A stretch of DNA of 64,000 nucleotides from the human T2T-CHM13v2.0 reference genome, Homo sapiens. Numbering within the stretch: the first letter of the stretch is position 1; each line of letters starts with the position of its first letter. The notes beneath the pieces are model-generated. The model saw nothing but the letters and a program-made list of their open reading frames with translations, did no database searches and was not told where the DNA came from. The stretch lies in assembly GCF_009914755.1 (NCBI RefSeq), contig NC_060947.1. One strand, given 5' to 3'. Below, in pieces: positions 1 to 13,156 of the stretch. The position numbers and the translations under genes were made by a program.

Positions 1-951
1 AGAAATTAATCAGGGTTCCCTGGACATGGGAGATACAGGCTTTCAAACCTCGGCAGTCTTCTTGCCATGGCTTTCAATACCTAACTTGTCTCTTTCAGCA
101 ACTTCTTCCCTTAAAAACCGCTCTCAAATTTCCGAAGCAGTCTAGATTAGAAAACCAAGAAACTCTGTTCCTAATTTCATCTTCCGTACTTTACACCAGT
201 TTTCCAAAAGGCAAAACAGACAACAAAAACTTTTCAATGAGAATTGAAAAACAATAACCAATTAAAAAGATGTAAGTAGACCTGATTCAAAGGAGTAATC
301 CCTATATGTGGATAGAGGGAAGAGGTGTACACCAAGGGAGAAGCCATTCTTTCCCTCTACCAGCTAATAAGCAGATGCCCAAATCCTACAAGGAGCTGCC
401 CCAGAGTATAAAGCTCTGTGAATCAGGCCCAAGGGCTCCCCTGACCTTGAGCCAACGGAACTATGCGCTGTGCCCCACAGCATGACCTAGCCCAACAGAC
501 AGCTTCTTCCTCCCCAGCTGCTTAATCACCATCTAGTTTACTAATCCTCACAACAAAGGCCGTCTAAGCTCCAAATCATTAAATTTCCCTGGGGATTAGC
601 TCCAGTCAAATTCTAAGCATCTTTGCCAAAACTCAGCCCAGTGCCATCAGCTCTAGGAATTTGGTGGTGAGGACAGGGGAAGAAGACTCAAGAGCACTGT
701 CCCCTATGTCAGCAACCAAAGGCAAATTTGTCTTTGCTCCTGCCAAGTCAGATCGTCCTGCTGTCTCTATAAGTCTGGTAAGGGGAGACAAACGTGACGG
801 CACAAGAGTAAACTGAGGGTTTCTTACATTGCTAGCAGATATGCTCACTGGGGCTCTGTCACCTCTAGCCATTTGTTTACACTGAAGTGTTCTTCTGACA
901 TTAATGCTATCAGTGTTTGTGGCAAATGTTAGTCTTTGGTGGTATAGAACA

Positions 952-1145
952 ATAGTGTTCAGAATGGGGTACATATATCCCAGGCTGTGTACAAGGTGAT
1001 CCACTGGAACTTCTGTTTATATATCTACAAAAATTTAAAAATCAAGCTTTATTAATATTTAATATTGGTGATAATAAATTAGATCATCCATAAATAAAAT
1101 TGTGTATACTGGGGACACATACTCAAAACATTTTTACTGATGTAC
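952..1145. mobile_element. Degraded hAT-Charlie-type non-autonomous DNA transposon relic
   Basis: Motifs 'agtgttcagaatggggtacat...gatccactgg' and 'ggggacacatactcaaaacatttttactgat' resemble Charlie-derived MITE ends; subfamily not resolved. Confidence 0.4.
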
Positions 1146-1164
1146 ATTTTTACTAAAAATGTTA

Positions 1165-2205
1165 GCTGGATTACAGACCCAATGAGAGGACTAAAATCAT
1201 AAGGCTTTTAGAGAAAAACATGGAGCATATCTTTGTGACCTTGAGGTGGGCAAAAATTTTTTAAGCAGGATGCAAAAGGTAGTAATCATAAAGGAAAGAG
1301 TGATACATTGGAGTTCATCAAAATAAAAAAAATCTTCAGCTCTAAAAAAGGGAAAAGACAAGCCACAGACTGGGAAAATATTCATAATACATATTACCTG
1401 ACAAATGACTTATATCCAGAATATTAAAAGAACTACAAATCAATAAGAAAAAGGCAAATAGCCAATTAACAATTGGCAAGGCTTGAACAAGCACTTCACT
1501 AAAAGAGATAGCCAAATACCCAATAAGCATCTGAAAAGGTGCTCAATATAATTCTTCATTAGGGAAATGTGATTTAAAATTATAGTAAAGTGTCACTACA
1601 TATCCACCAGAATGGCCAGAATTAAAAAGACTTAAGTATTGGTGAGAATGTACAGCAATTTGATCTCTCTACGTTGCTGGCAGGAGTATAAAGCTGTACA
1701 ACCATTTTGGAAATCTGTATGCCTACTCTCAGATCCAGCAATTCCATACTTAGAGACTCCGAAGAGAAATAAGTGCACGTGTCCATAAAAAGATTTGATT
1801 GTTCACAGCAGCTTTATTAATAATAGAAAGTAGGAACAACCCAAATGTCCTTCAAAACATACACATACAAAAAATGACATGCTATACAGCAGTCAAAAAA
1901 AAGCAATATATGTAATAAAATGAATGTCTAAAAGATTATGTTGCATGAAAGAGACCAGACAAAAACAACACATACTGTATGATTTCATTTTATATGAAGG
2001 TAAAGAAGAGAGGTGATAATTTGAAAAAATGGTTAACTCTGTACTACTGATTGTAAAGGCAGATGAGCATAATTTTTGGGGGGTGCTAGAAATGTTCTAC
2101 ATAGTTATCTGGCTGCAGATCATATGGGAATATACATAACTAAACATTCATTAAGATTTGTGCATTTTACTATATGTAAATTATTCCTTAATTTAAGAAA
2201 GAATT
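1165..2205 (+). mobile_element. Old L1M (L1MC/ME-like) ORF2 3' end and 3'UTR fragment
   Basis: Recognisable L1 ORF2-end blocks (ccacagactgggaaaatattc, ttcattagggaaatg, gatccagcaattcc) and 3'UTR ending in an A-rich tail. Confidence 0.8.
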
Positions 2206-2258
2206 AAAAGAATAATTAGATCAGATTCTAAGAGATACCAACAAGGAAAAAGAGGGTA

Positions 2259-2328
2259 GATTATGGGGGCAGTTTCCCCAATGCTGTTCTTGTGATAGTG
2301 AGGGAATTCTCACGAGACCTGATGGTTT
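2259..2328 (+). repeat. 70-bp isolated copy of part of the neighbouring THE1 LTR (2991-3060)
   Basis: 68/70 identical to 2991-3060; no LTR termini. Confidence 0.9.
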
Positions 2329-2729
2329 ATTCTTTATTCTTTAGTCTTTAATTCTAGACTATTCAGCTTATATTTCTGAGGTAGGCACCAAGACTCCAGC
2401 ATCATTTTCACATACTCATAGTTTTAATCAAGGCAAAACATTTCTCTTAAAACGTTAGCCTTCACAATAGGGCTATAATCTATTAATCTACCCACTGTTC
2501 CTGTCTGCTTTGAGATAGTATTCATCCTCCCTACCTCTTAGAAGGTAGAGGATTTCAGTAAAAAATGAAAATAAAGAACAACACTTTATTTTACCAGTTG
2601 ACAGGTAAAGGTGAAAAGTCTTAATGATTTGATTCCATTTTTAATCTCCAGCCAATTTTTGTCTTGACATATTATAAAAATAGAATCAATTCCTCATCCA
2701 ATGTTGGAGCCATCTACTGCTACTCCTCT

Positions 2730-2817
2730 TGTCAATATCAGATATGTTTCTTTCTTATGGTCCCCAGAGTTCATGTCAATCTCAGATATGTTTCTTTCTT
2801 ACGGTCCCCAGAGTTCG
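2730..2817. repeat. 44-bp tandem duplication (2 copies)
   Basis: 2730-2773 vs 2774-2817, 3 mismatches. Confidence 0.95.
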
Positions 2818-2900
2818 TGACACCTACTCCTAGAAGCTGAACTTCATCAGGCTGTTGTCACACAGGCAACTAGCCTTTCCTCAGGCACCATTACTGTCCC

Positions 2901-3266
2901 TGATATGGTTAGGCTCTGTGTTCCCACCCAAATCTCATGTTGAATTGTAATCCCCACATGTGGAGGGAGTGACCTGGTGGGAGGTGATTGGATTATGGGG
3001 GCAGTTTCCCCAATGCTGTTCTTGTGATAGTGAGGGAATTCTCATGAGAGCTGATGGTTTTAAGTGTGGCACTTCTTCACGCTCTCTCTCACCTGATGCC
3101 ATGTAAGACGTGCCTTGCTTCCACTTCACCTTCTGCCATGATTGTAAGTTTCCTGAGGCCTCCCCAGCCAGCCATGTGGAACTGTGAGTCAATTAAACCT
3201 TTTTTGTTTATACATTACCCAGTCTCAGGTAGTATCTTTATAGCAGTGTGAGAATGGACTAATGCA
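2901..3266 (+). mobile_element. THE1 (THE1D-like) solo LTR, ERVL-MaLR
   Basis: tgatatggtt...ggactaatgca termini; 5-bp target-site duplication (TSD) gtccc/gtctc. Confidence 0.93.
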
Positions 3267-5289
3267 GTCTCTTTGTTAGATTGCCTATGTTTCTTGACTG
3301 TCTAATAAGATATGACTTTCAGTGATACAAATGATCAGAGAACCTTGCAAAGCTGATGTGGTGGAGAGAGTTCAGGGAGAACCAGAGTGGAACAAACCGG
3401 AGGAATGAATATGGTAGAGTGCAAGTGAATTTGCTCCTGATTTCCAGAAGCAGTTGTCAGCAACAGAGTTTACCCTTGTATAGCATTAAAATAGTCTAGG
3501 ACAAACCAGAAAGTCCATAATGTCCTCCAGCATTAAGAGAGCACTGTGTACAAATCTAGCAGGTGAGCCTTAGGAGGCTGAAAAGACCAACAGTCTTTTA
3601 CCTACCGCCTAATATAAAAACACTATAAAGAGGACATATCAATTCATTGTCATTTTCAAACTGTGCATTAATACTTGTAAGAAATGGCCAAATTAAAACA
3701 AGAGGTGTGTTAAATTCCACCAGACTGTTAGAGAGTGATGGGAATAATTCTACTTGGATTAATATAATCTTTATTTCTTCAGTAACAAGCCATTGTTGAT
3801 GTGAAAACTATTTTTCAAGTTGATCAAAAATGCCTTTTTAACTTGCCTACTGAATGTGAGTGAGTTGGATACAGTCTTCCAGCCCAAGAGGATGTGATTA
3901 ACTATCTGGAATCTGAACCATCCCAAAGCCAGGTTCACTCAATAACTCACTGCTGGTTCTCTAAAGCCATTTATTTATAATCCATTATGCAAAAAGCCAA
4001 AGACAGTTTCTAAAGAGTACACATAGCCAACATTAGTCATTTCTGACTGGAAAAGGACCCAGGGACTAAACACCCTTCGGGGTAGGGACAAAAGGCTGCC
4101 TCTGGAAACTACTAGGCCTGCTTTGCTGCCTGAAAACCACTTGTCCAGCTTACTAGGAGCCTGTATACCCTCCAGCAGATGTGGACGAAGGGAGAGGGGG
4201 TTTGTTTTCTATTTCCCGGAGGTGGGCACCTGCATGCCACTCCCAGAACATTATTTGACCCTGCCCAGGCCCCCTTTCCTTGGCAGTAATTTTAATCTCT
4301 GGTCTCCACTTAGACCTCTGACCAGTGGGAGGTGGAGGAGGAGAAAAGAGATTTAACTTCCTCTTACCCTTATGAATAACTGCTACCAAAGCAAACAGCT
4401 CCCAAATAAATAACCTACCAAGGCATACATGTATGTTGCAAAAGCAATAATAATAACATCCTTTACTGAGCCTAGGACAGATCCCATTTTATATTAAATC
4501 AGCACACTTGCTGCTGCTTTCACATAGTGCTACAAATCTGGGAATAAGTGAGCCATCACACAGTCTGTTCCAAGCTACTGTCCTGTTCACATCATGACTG
4601 AGAAATGACACACCATCTCTTTCCTACTCAACAAAACGTGCCAAATAACATAAAACAAAACTGAGTTTCCACAACTGAAAAAAAAGAAAAAAAATGCACT
4701 CAATTGCTTATGTGTTAGTGGCGGGAAGGGACTCTTGCATCAGAGATTATTTCCTTTTGCAATGACAGGATTAAGTTGAGAAGAAAATGCAGGAGGAAGT
4801 GATAGGCATTTGAGTTCAAGACCTGGAAAATAAATAAGGCAAGCAATGTGAACGCCATTCTCTCTGACATCAGACCTGCTTTTTAAGTTAAGGCTGGATA
4901 AAAAGAGAGGACCAGATTTTTAGCTTCAGTTCCTGCTCATTCTCACTCTTCTAACTTTAAACAAGAGTACAGTCCTGTCCCTTCTCCTATAAAGGTTGAC
5001 CCCCTCTGATAGCAGACTCCACAACCTTGGCACTGACGGTGTTCCTCACAGCCGAGGTCACTCTGGTGCTTTTCCTCCTCCCTCAAACTTTTTCCAACCC
5101 TCCCTACACATTATCTTTTCCACTCCCACCTCTCCCTGCCCTGCCAACAAGGCATTTGAGCTCGCCTTTTCTACTTCATCTTCCCCTTCTGCCCCCCTAC
5201 TCCACACCCAGACCCTCTCCTTGGGTTTCCTATGGGCAAACTTCAAGCCCTCCTGTCATTAACATCTGGTACTAACATTCATTAATTAA

Positions 5290-5399
5290 ATCAGACAGAC
5301 CAAAGAATGATTTTTACAATGTAAACAGCAGCAGATCAGAAGCTCTACATGATCTGGCCATGCATGCCTTTTTGACCTTATTTCCCACAACCTCTCATC

Positions 5400-5453
<54 letters not shown>

Positions 5454-5880
5454 TACCAAACTTTCTGTTCTTCAGAGAGGTCAAGCCCATCCCTATCTCA
5501 AGATCTTTGTACTTACTATTCTATCTGTTGAGAACATTCTTCTTCTAGATCCTACATACCTCCTTTTATCATTCAGGTGTCAGCTCAGATCTTGCCTCCT
5601 CAGAGAGGCCTTTCCTGACCAACCACATAAAGAATGTTCCTTCTCTTCTCTACCCACATCTCATCACTCTCTATCACATTACCTGTCTTATTGTCTTCAT
5701 AGAATTTACCACCATCTTACATGATCTCACTTATTTCTATGTATGTTTACTTGCTGTCAAGATACATTATAGTGTGGGAGATAGTCAATGCCTTTATACA
5801 GCTCTGTCACTGGCACCTAGGAAAATAAATGTCTGTATTGAACACATTGTAGTTGCTCAACAAATATTTGTTGAAATTAG
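5290..5880 (+). mobile_element. L2 LINE 3' fragment
   Basis: L2 blocks (ctcagagaggcctttcctgacc; gctcaacaaatatttgttgaa 3' end). Confidence 0.75.
5404..5449. repeat. (CA)n microsatellite, about 23 units
   Basis: Perfect dinucleotide run. Confidence 0.98.
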
Positions 5881-8189
5881 AATTAAAAGGGATCTCAGGA
5901 TATCACCCTATTCATTTGACTGATTCTGGAGAAGTAACAATATTTTCACTTTGTTTTTCATATAACTGAGGTTCAGGGATATTATATGACTTGCCCGGGA
6001 TAGAGCATCTATTAGGTTTAAGATACTTTCTTCTGCAAGGTTGTGACAAAACCTTTTGGATTTCACGGGTATATTGCTATTCATGATCCTTAACTAGCAA
6101 TACTAAGAGTTCTTGCTAAAGAGACACTTTAAACTTTGTAAAAAGCATTATTATTGGCTCAGAATAATCCAGAATAATTATCCTTTGAGCTAAATATCCC
6201 ATTTGTCACGAGGTGCCCCAGGGTGAATGTTAGACTCTCAATTTAGTGGAAGGAATGGAGCCTTTAAGGAAACTGAGGTGTATGGCAATAATAACTTGTA
6301 TCCAGATATGATTCTCCTCAGTTTTTAACATTCTCTGCCTTAGGAAGTTAATTTAAAACACACACAAGCCCTCACAAACAGACCATGAACAGTGGGATAT
6401 TTAACTACTCCCACCATCTGGGAATTCAAAGTAACATCGACTCCACCTTCGTGTGTACAGACATTACAACAGGCTCTTTCAGTTCACCATCCCTGAAAAA
6501 TTTAAGAGCAAATCCAGATGATGGGCATAAACCAGATTCTAATTTGATTTAGTGCTTCGTTAACCAGTGCCCTCAGACCCCCAAAAAGTATGTGTGGGGT
6601 GGGGGGAACCCTCATCAATGTCCAAATGAGTTTGCCCTGACCCAATTTCATGCAACTATAGTTCTTTCCTTAAAAACCATTTGTTCAGTGGGTTTAGTAT
6701 TTTATACCTCTGTGAGTTAGTGATTATACCTTTTGTGAGGCTTTTCATATAAACAAATTCACAAGTCAGAAAATAAATCCTTTGTCAAGCCAGGTTTTCT
6801 GATTGGGATTTAGAAAATATGGCCACCATGATATGGCTTTAAAAAGTTTAATATCTGTAGCATGCATTCAGTGCTAATGGACAATAAGTGATAGTGAAGT
6901 TTTGTCAGGTCTGATTCAGATTACCTGTGGCTGCTGTGAGTTATATGGAATTACACAGAGTTTAATGGTTCTCTGGCAATTTGCCTTGGCTCAGGGCCAA
7001 GGCAGCTAATGCTTCAATCAAACTGCTCTCCCCACCCCCACCCCAAGACAATTTCAGTTTCTAAGTCTTGAGTGTATCTGTGATGAAGCCTTCAGTGACA
7101 CTCTCATACAAATGCCAAAGGTTTTTTTTTTCTCCGTCTCTTTTTCTTCCTTCTTCTTTATGGCTGCATATATTAAGTGCTCCTGTAGCTCTGCTGAGAC
7201 AAACTGCCTGGCTGGTGCTTATAAAGAGAAGAGCTTTTAAGGTTTGATTAAAACAGAGGAGCCAACAGTCAGAAGATGAGAACAGGACAATATCCCTTTT
7301 CTCTGCAGTGCCATCAGATATATCCAATTCACCCTAACATGGGCCCTGGACCCACCCTGCAGGCCAACTTAAGGCAGCAGCCCTCCCAAATCACTTGAGT
7401 AATCAAAGAACATATCCCATCAAAGGCAGGTAGCCTGCCTGACAGAAGAATCCCATGCATGGCAAGTTACCCTCCTCTCTTTTAGGAACCCAACTGGCCC
7501 TGAAGCTGGGATTCTGCCACAGATTCCTGGCATCACTTTAGCATAGTTGAGACAGTGGACAAAGGCCAAGTGAACAAAGGCCAGAAACGTCCTCTACAAA
7601 CTTGCAAAAAAGGCATGTACAACTCTGAGGTACAACCGTTCTGTGGATAGCAAATATTCTGGGTCCAAACTCTTTCATCAATCGCTGTTCAACCCTGTCC
7701 CCTCAACCTCTCCTAAAACCTCCAGTGGTGCTTCAGCACTAGCACCTCCTGCTATTTAGCTAAAGTGACTCCTAGACCCTTTGTCCAACTGATTCCAATG
7801 TCACATTTACTGGCTATTCTAGAGAGAATGCTCATTTTAAGAGACTAGCTGCCATAGAAGCAGCAGGAGGGAAGGGCAGAAACCACAGGATTCCTACTTT
7901 GCGCTGATTGCCACTAACTCATTTCAGCTGCTAAGGGGAGGCCCTGTTGGGGGAGCCAGGAGAGGAAATGGGTTCCATGTACGGTCCACTTTAAATTGTT
8001 CACAATTGCGTGCTCAAAAATAGTCTCTACTAAACATTTAGCACGCCCATTAGCACAAGCCATAAAGCTTTAGGCTTTGCTGTACTGTTCGCCCAGGCTG
8101 CCTAAGCTGCTTTCCTATGGCAAAATGATGAAATGGTTGGCAAGTCAGATACATGCGGGAAGGATAAAGGAGCTCCAAGGATGGTTAAA

Positions 8190-8430
8190 CCTGGACCCAG
8201 GAAGAATGGTTTAATATGACTTCTAAGCACATAAAAAAAATTTAGAGGGAAGGACCAGCTGTTCTCAATTTTGATTGAAAGCAGAGCAAAGGAAAAGAAA
8301 CTGACATTGCAACGAGAAGGACTGATATAAGCAAGGAGGAAGAACTTCCTGCCAGGCAAAATAGGTAAATGTTAGACTGAGTGGTCAGTCAATGAAGGTT
8401 GTGGAATTTCCTTCTTTAGAGTGGCTCTTC
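8190..8430 (+). mobile_element. CR1/L3 LINE relic
   Basis: gaccagctgttctc...aggaagaacttcct...gttgtggaatttccttctttagag resembles the CR1/L3 ORF2 3' region. Confidence 0.6.
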
Positions 8431-8729
8431 TCTGCTATTTCTGTGTGGTCCTTCCAGAGGGGTGGGGGACGGAGGAAAGAGAGGCAGCCAGAGGTCCAAT
8501 TTAGTCCCTTTCAGCACTCAGAATCTCTTATTTGCAACATTCCGGGATCTGTAACACGGTCACTGGGACACTTGAAAAGAAAGAAGCAACGAGAAGCTTG
8601 CTGGTGATCTTAAACATTTAGATTCTCCCCAACTTTCTATCCCTCACAATGAGCCAAGCTTTTGCCCTGGCCCCCACAATCCCAAGAAAGCAAGCGAAGA
8701 CTTGCTTTTGGCTCCACAGGGCCCCTAGG

Positions 8730-8861
8730 CCATGCATATGGGAACAATATTTTCTGAACCCAAAAGCAGAACATGGTCTGACAATTATATTTATGAGGAC
8801 AAAAGGATAGAATATATGAAATCAGAGCTGTCCCAGGAAATCTGGGTGTATGGTCTCCATA
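8730..8861. mobile_element. hAT-Blackjack (MER94/MER81-like) relic
   Basis: Terminal motif ctgtcccaggaaatctgggtgtatggtctccata. Confidence 0.5.
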
Positions 8862-9209
8862 GCCACATATTATCTCTTCTGAGGGTCCCAACACAGAAGG
8901 GAGTTAATTAAAACTATGCCATGTGGTTGGGGGCCTAGATTCTTTCCCTGTATGCAGCAAGATCAGTTAGGACTGTGAAAAGATAGGGTCATAATAAGTC
9001 CAGTACAAACTGAAATTCCTGCTGTGCAGGTTGGAGAAAAGGAGTAGTCTATGTGTCTTTCCTAGAATCTCTTCACTCTAAAATGCAGCTGGAGCTAAGG
9101 GGCATGCCTGTCCTCACTGAATCATAAATAATGCCATATTTATAGAGGGGAAGAAATGTGTCTGGCACAAGGGATCCTATTTATACATTCATTCATTCAG
9201 TACTCAGAG

Positions 9210-9386
9210 CAGTGGTTCTCAAAGTGTGGTACCTGGACCAGTAGCATCAGCATCTCCTGGGAGCTTGTTAGAAATTCAGGACTCACCCTAGGTCAAATGA
9301 ATCACAGACTCTGTGGGTGAGGCCAGTAATCTGTGTTTTAATCCCTCCAGGTGATGCTGACGAATGCTACAGTGTAAAAATCTCTG
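9210..9386 (+). mobile_element. MER5A (hAT-Charlie)
   Basis: cagtggttctcaaagtgtggtacctggaccagtagcatcagcatc...ccctccaggtgatgctga. Confidence 0.92.
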
Positions 9387-9530
9387 AATTAGAAGTCCTC
9401 CTGGTGATGCTCACATTGCCAACCAGCAACAATAATATTAACCAAAAGAATCAAAGTCACAGGCATGTTTGGTAGGGGCAGGCACTAGCCCATCAGTATC
9501 TCTGCTAATTTAGCCTATAATAACTCTCAC

Positions 9531-10126
9531 AGATTTCTCAAACAACTTAAAACTACCATTCGACCCAGAAATCCTACTACTGAGTATCCAAAAGAAAATA
9601 AATTGATCTACCAAAAAGACACACTTGTATGTTCATTGCAGCACTATTCACAATAGCTACGACATGGAAACCACCTAAGTGTCCATCAGTGGTGGGTCAG
9701 ATAAAGAAAAGGTGATACATATATACCATGGAATACTACGCAGCCACAAAAAGAATGAGATCATGTCCTTTGTAGCAACATGGATGCAGCTGGAAGTCAT
9801 TATCCTAAGCAAATTAATGCAGGAACAGAAAACCAAATACCACATATTCTCACTTATAAGTGGGAGCTAAACAATAGGTACTCATGGACATAAAAATGGC
9901 AGTAATAAACACTGGGGACTACCAGAGGGGAGAGGGAGAGGGACGAGGGTTGAAAAACTAACTATTGGGTACTATGCTTAGTACCTAGGTGACGGGATCA
10001 ATTGTACCCTGAACGTCAGCATCACGAAATACACCCACGTAACAAACCTGCACATGTACCTCCTGAATCTAAAAAGTTGAAATTATTTTTAAAAATGTAT
10101 ACACATATAAAAAATAAATAAAAAAT
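9531..10126 (+). mobile_element. 5'-truncated L1P (L1PA15-16/L1PB-like) 3' end
   Basis: ORF2 end plus 3'UTR, A-rich tail, flanking repeat tctcaca. Confidence 0.9.
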
Positions 10127-10804
10127 ATCTCACAATTCCTGGGTCATGGAATAGTCTGAATCTTACTACACACCCAATTCCTTGAAGCCTGGGTTTCAAA
10201 GGTAACTCAGCCTGTCTGCTTTGATAAGATTCTTTCAAATAAGCCAAAGTCCCTTTGGGTTTTTCATCTAAATCCTACTCAGGCACACACACTCCTCTGA
10301 GTATTCTGTGACTGTTTTCGCCCTTAGCCTTGATCTAAGTCTCAAGGAACTGACTAGAGCTCACTCTAGGACCAAGCCAGGAACATTTTATGTTTACCAG
10401 CCTTATTTTTAATTTTAAACAAACACAGATGAAAGAGTCCCTGCTGTAAAGAACCACCACTTAATGCTAGCCCTTATACCTTAGTAACATTAAATTAAAA
10501 TAAATTACAACAAATAGTCATTGTTTCACCTCAGTTTAAACCGACAAAGTTAACTGCTGCAATCAATGGGCAACCTTTCACAAACATTTGCTGAAAAGGA
10601 AAAGAAATGCTTCCAGGTGAAACTTATCAAAGTGAAGTGCACTGAGGACCAAATCTTATTGTATGCCACCTGGTTTTCTCCCAAAGCATCAGTCAAGGAA
10701 AGAAAAGAGATCTCAACACAGCCTCCCAGTTAGAATCAATGACTTCTAACCACCAACAGAGATTCTGGTTCAGGTAAGGAAGTTACACAGCATGGTTAAA
10801 ACCA

Positions 10805-11215
10805 ACACACATGAGGGGAATTTCTGGGGTGATGGTAGTGTTCTATACATTAATAGAGATTTTGGATACACAAGTGCATGGGATGTCAAAACTCACCCAC
10901 GTCAGATTTTGTATTTCATTGTCTGTAAATTTTACCTCAAAAGGAAAAGAACACCTGTAAACAAACATTGAACTCTAGTAAATAATACACGTGCTGAAAT
11001 TTTAGGGGGACCTGCACTGATGTCCTCAATTTACTTGGAAATGTATCAGAAAATAATATTGATGAGTGAATAGAGAAAATCAATACATGAATAGATATGA
11101 AACAAGTATAGCAGGAATAGATTAGTAGAATCTAGGTGATGGGTATATATAAGTGTTTAATGTAAAATTCAGCTTTTCTGTAAATTTAAAACATTCTGTT
11201 ATAAAACGTCAGAAA
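10805..11215 (+). mobile_element. L1MC-type 3'UTR fragment
   Basis: ttctggggtgatggtagtgttcta...gtagaatctaggtgatggg...taaaattcagcttttctg. Confidence 0.75.
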
Positions 11216-11314
11216 CACACAAAAACAAGTAAAAAATTTGGATTTTTATTGTCCCACAGACCTTTCATTGATGTATGCATTCCAATATGCATGAACTGAA
11301 ATCGTACTATGTGC

Positions 11315-11445
11315 AAGGCACTAGATCAAATCCTGGTTCTGCCATTTAGTGACAGTGTGACCTTGGGCAAGTCACTTCACCTCTCTGAAACCTGTTTCCT
11401 TATTTGTTTAATGGTGAGAATAATAACACCTACCTCCCAGGGTGG
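11315..11445 (+). mobile_element. MIR SINE
   Basis: Core gtgtgaccttgggcaagtcacttcacctctctg. Confidence 0.85.
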
Positions 11446-11755
11446 TTATTGTTGAAATTACACTTCAATTGCTGACCACCTAATGAGAGCTATATTGAGT
11501 AGGGAACTCTCAATTAAGTGCTACTTGTTCCTCTCCCCTGTGGGATCTGTAGGGGATCTCAACTATGGAAATTCTTTTGTGTCAGCTTCAGCTTGATTGC
11601 TGAGCACTTTTTGTTTCTTGAAAATTGCAGCCTGGGCCACGACCTTATATTATGGTGGGTATATAGTGTTCATATGTTTCAACTGACTCCCTGACATTCA
11701 ATTGAGTTTTGGTTTTCAAACTCCCCTTTGCAAACAAGAAAAATTAGAAAGATTA

Positions 11756-11997
11756 CCCTTCACAGCCTCTGGTAACCATCCTTCTACAACACGGAGACTA
11801 TAGTAAATAGTAATTTCATTGTAAATGTTAAAATAACTAAAAGAGTGTAACTGGATTATTTGTAACTCAAAGGATAAATGCTTGAAAGGATAGCTACCCC
11901 ATTCTCCATGATGTGATTATTTCACATTGCATGCCTGTATCAAAACATCTCATGTAACACATAAACACCTATTACGTACCCCAAAATTAATTAAAAA
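11756..11997 (+). mobile_element. Short L1MA 3' end with a ~30-bp inverted 5' piece
   Basis: 11756-11787 is antisense L1MA 3'UTR (tagaaggatggttaccagaggctg); the rest is the sense 3' terminus. Confidence 0.8.
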
Positions 11998-12760
11998 TAG
12001 AAACTTTCTGAAAGGAGTATAAAGCAAAATTTAAGCAAGAGATTAAAGCTGGAGTGTGGTCTAAGGTAGTTCTGCCTACATCCATTTGAACCCATGGTGA
12101 AAACACTTGACTCACTCTCTTGCTTACCTTCTCTCATAGTTCTGACATCTTTTCCAGCTCTGGGATGACTCCCCACAAAACAGAATCCTGTCATTTGGAA
12201 AACATGCTCAACCCTTGTTGGTTTCCTTTTCAGTTCACTTCCTGAGAGGATTCTCTCAGCACTCTTCCCCTTGATGCGTATCCCATCATTCACTAATTGG
12301 TATGAGAGAGGTGAAACAGTCTGCTTTTCAAGGGTAGGTGTATGCTCCTCTGCAAGGGGTTGCGTCTGGCTTCTCTGAGTCCCCTACCTGGTTTGAGGTA
12401 ACAGGAAGGTTGACTGTTCTGCCAGGAAAGCACTGCCAAACTCTGGGTCTGGGGAAGCAACTCGAGAGCAGGCAGGCGGGTATCCACCCCAGGAGATAAT
12501 AAAGCACAGCAGAAAAGAAACCTGGGCCTGAGAAGCTGTCCGGGAGGGTTCTTTACGAGCCTGTTTAACAGCAGAGCTCTATGTAGCACAGGAAATCATG
12601 CACCCAAAGTGCAGCAGACTTTATAGTGGTCAGACCTAATCAGGCTATAATTAAGGCATTTTAGGAGGCAAAAAGTCTTTGGCAGCAATGATGTCTACAC
12701 AAGAGAGTGATGTCAAGCAATTATTTGTCACTGGGACTCAACATCTAGCCCAAAGATTCG

Positions 12761-13066
12761 GGGCAGGCACAGTAGCTCATGCCTGTAATCACAGCACTTT
12801 GGGAGGCCTAGGTGGGGGGATTGCTTGAGCCCAGGAATTTGAGACCAGCCTGGGCAACATAGGGAGGCCCTGTCTCTAAAATTTTTTTTTTAATTAGCTG
12901 GGCATGGTGTCATGTGCCTATGGTCCCAGCTACTCAGGAGGCTGAGGTGGGAGGATTGCTTGAACCTACCTAGGAGGTTGAAGCTGCAGTAAGCCATGAT
13001 TGCACCACTGTACTCCCACCTGGGTGACTTGTCTCAAAAAACAAAAGTAAAAATAAATTTAAAAAT
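12761..13066 (+). mobile_element. AluJ
   Basis: Dimeric Alu with J diagnostics (ggattgcttgagcccagga). Confidence 0.95.
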
Positions 13067-13156
13067 AACCCTAAGGTTCACCCTGTCCTCACAGTGCCAC
13101 CCACAGTACTGATGGGACTGATTAAACTAGCACTTGAAAAAATGAAAAGATTGCTT

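Noticed and set aside
633-1004. 123-aa minus-strand ORF
   Set aside because: Non-ATG start, no recognisable domain, and it begins inside a transposon relic; consistent with chance.
3783-3855. Possible plus-strand exon (tttcttcAG...GTGAGT)
   Set aside because: Stop codons in all three frames and no supporting gene context.
4170-4190. CTCF-like ccagcagatgtgg
   Set aside because: Lacks the GGC core; too weak to call.
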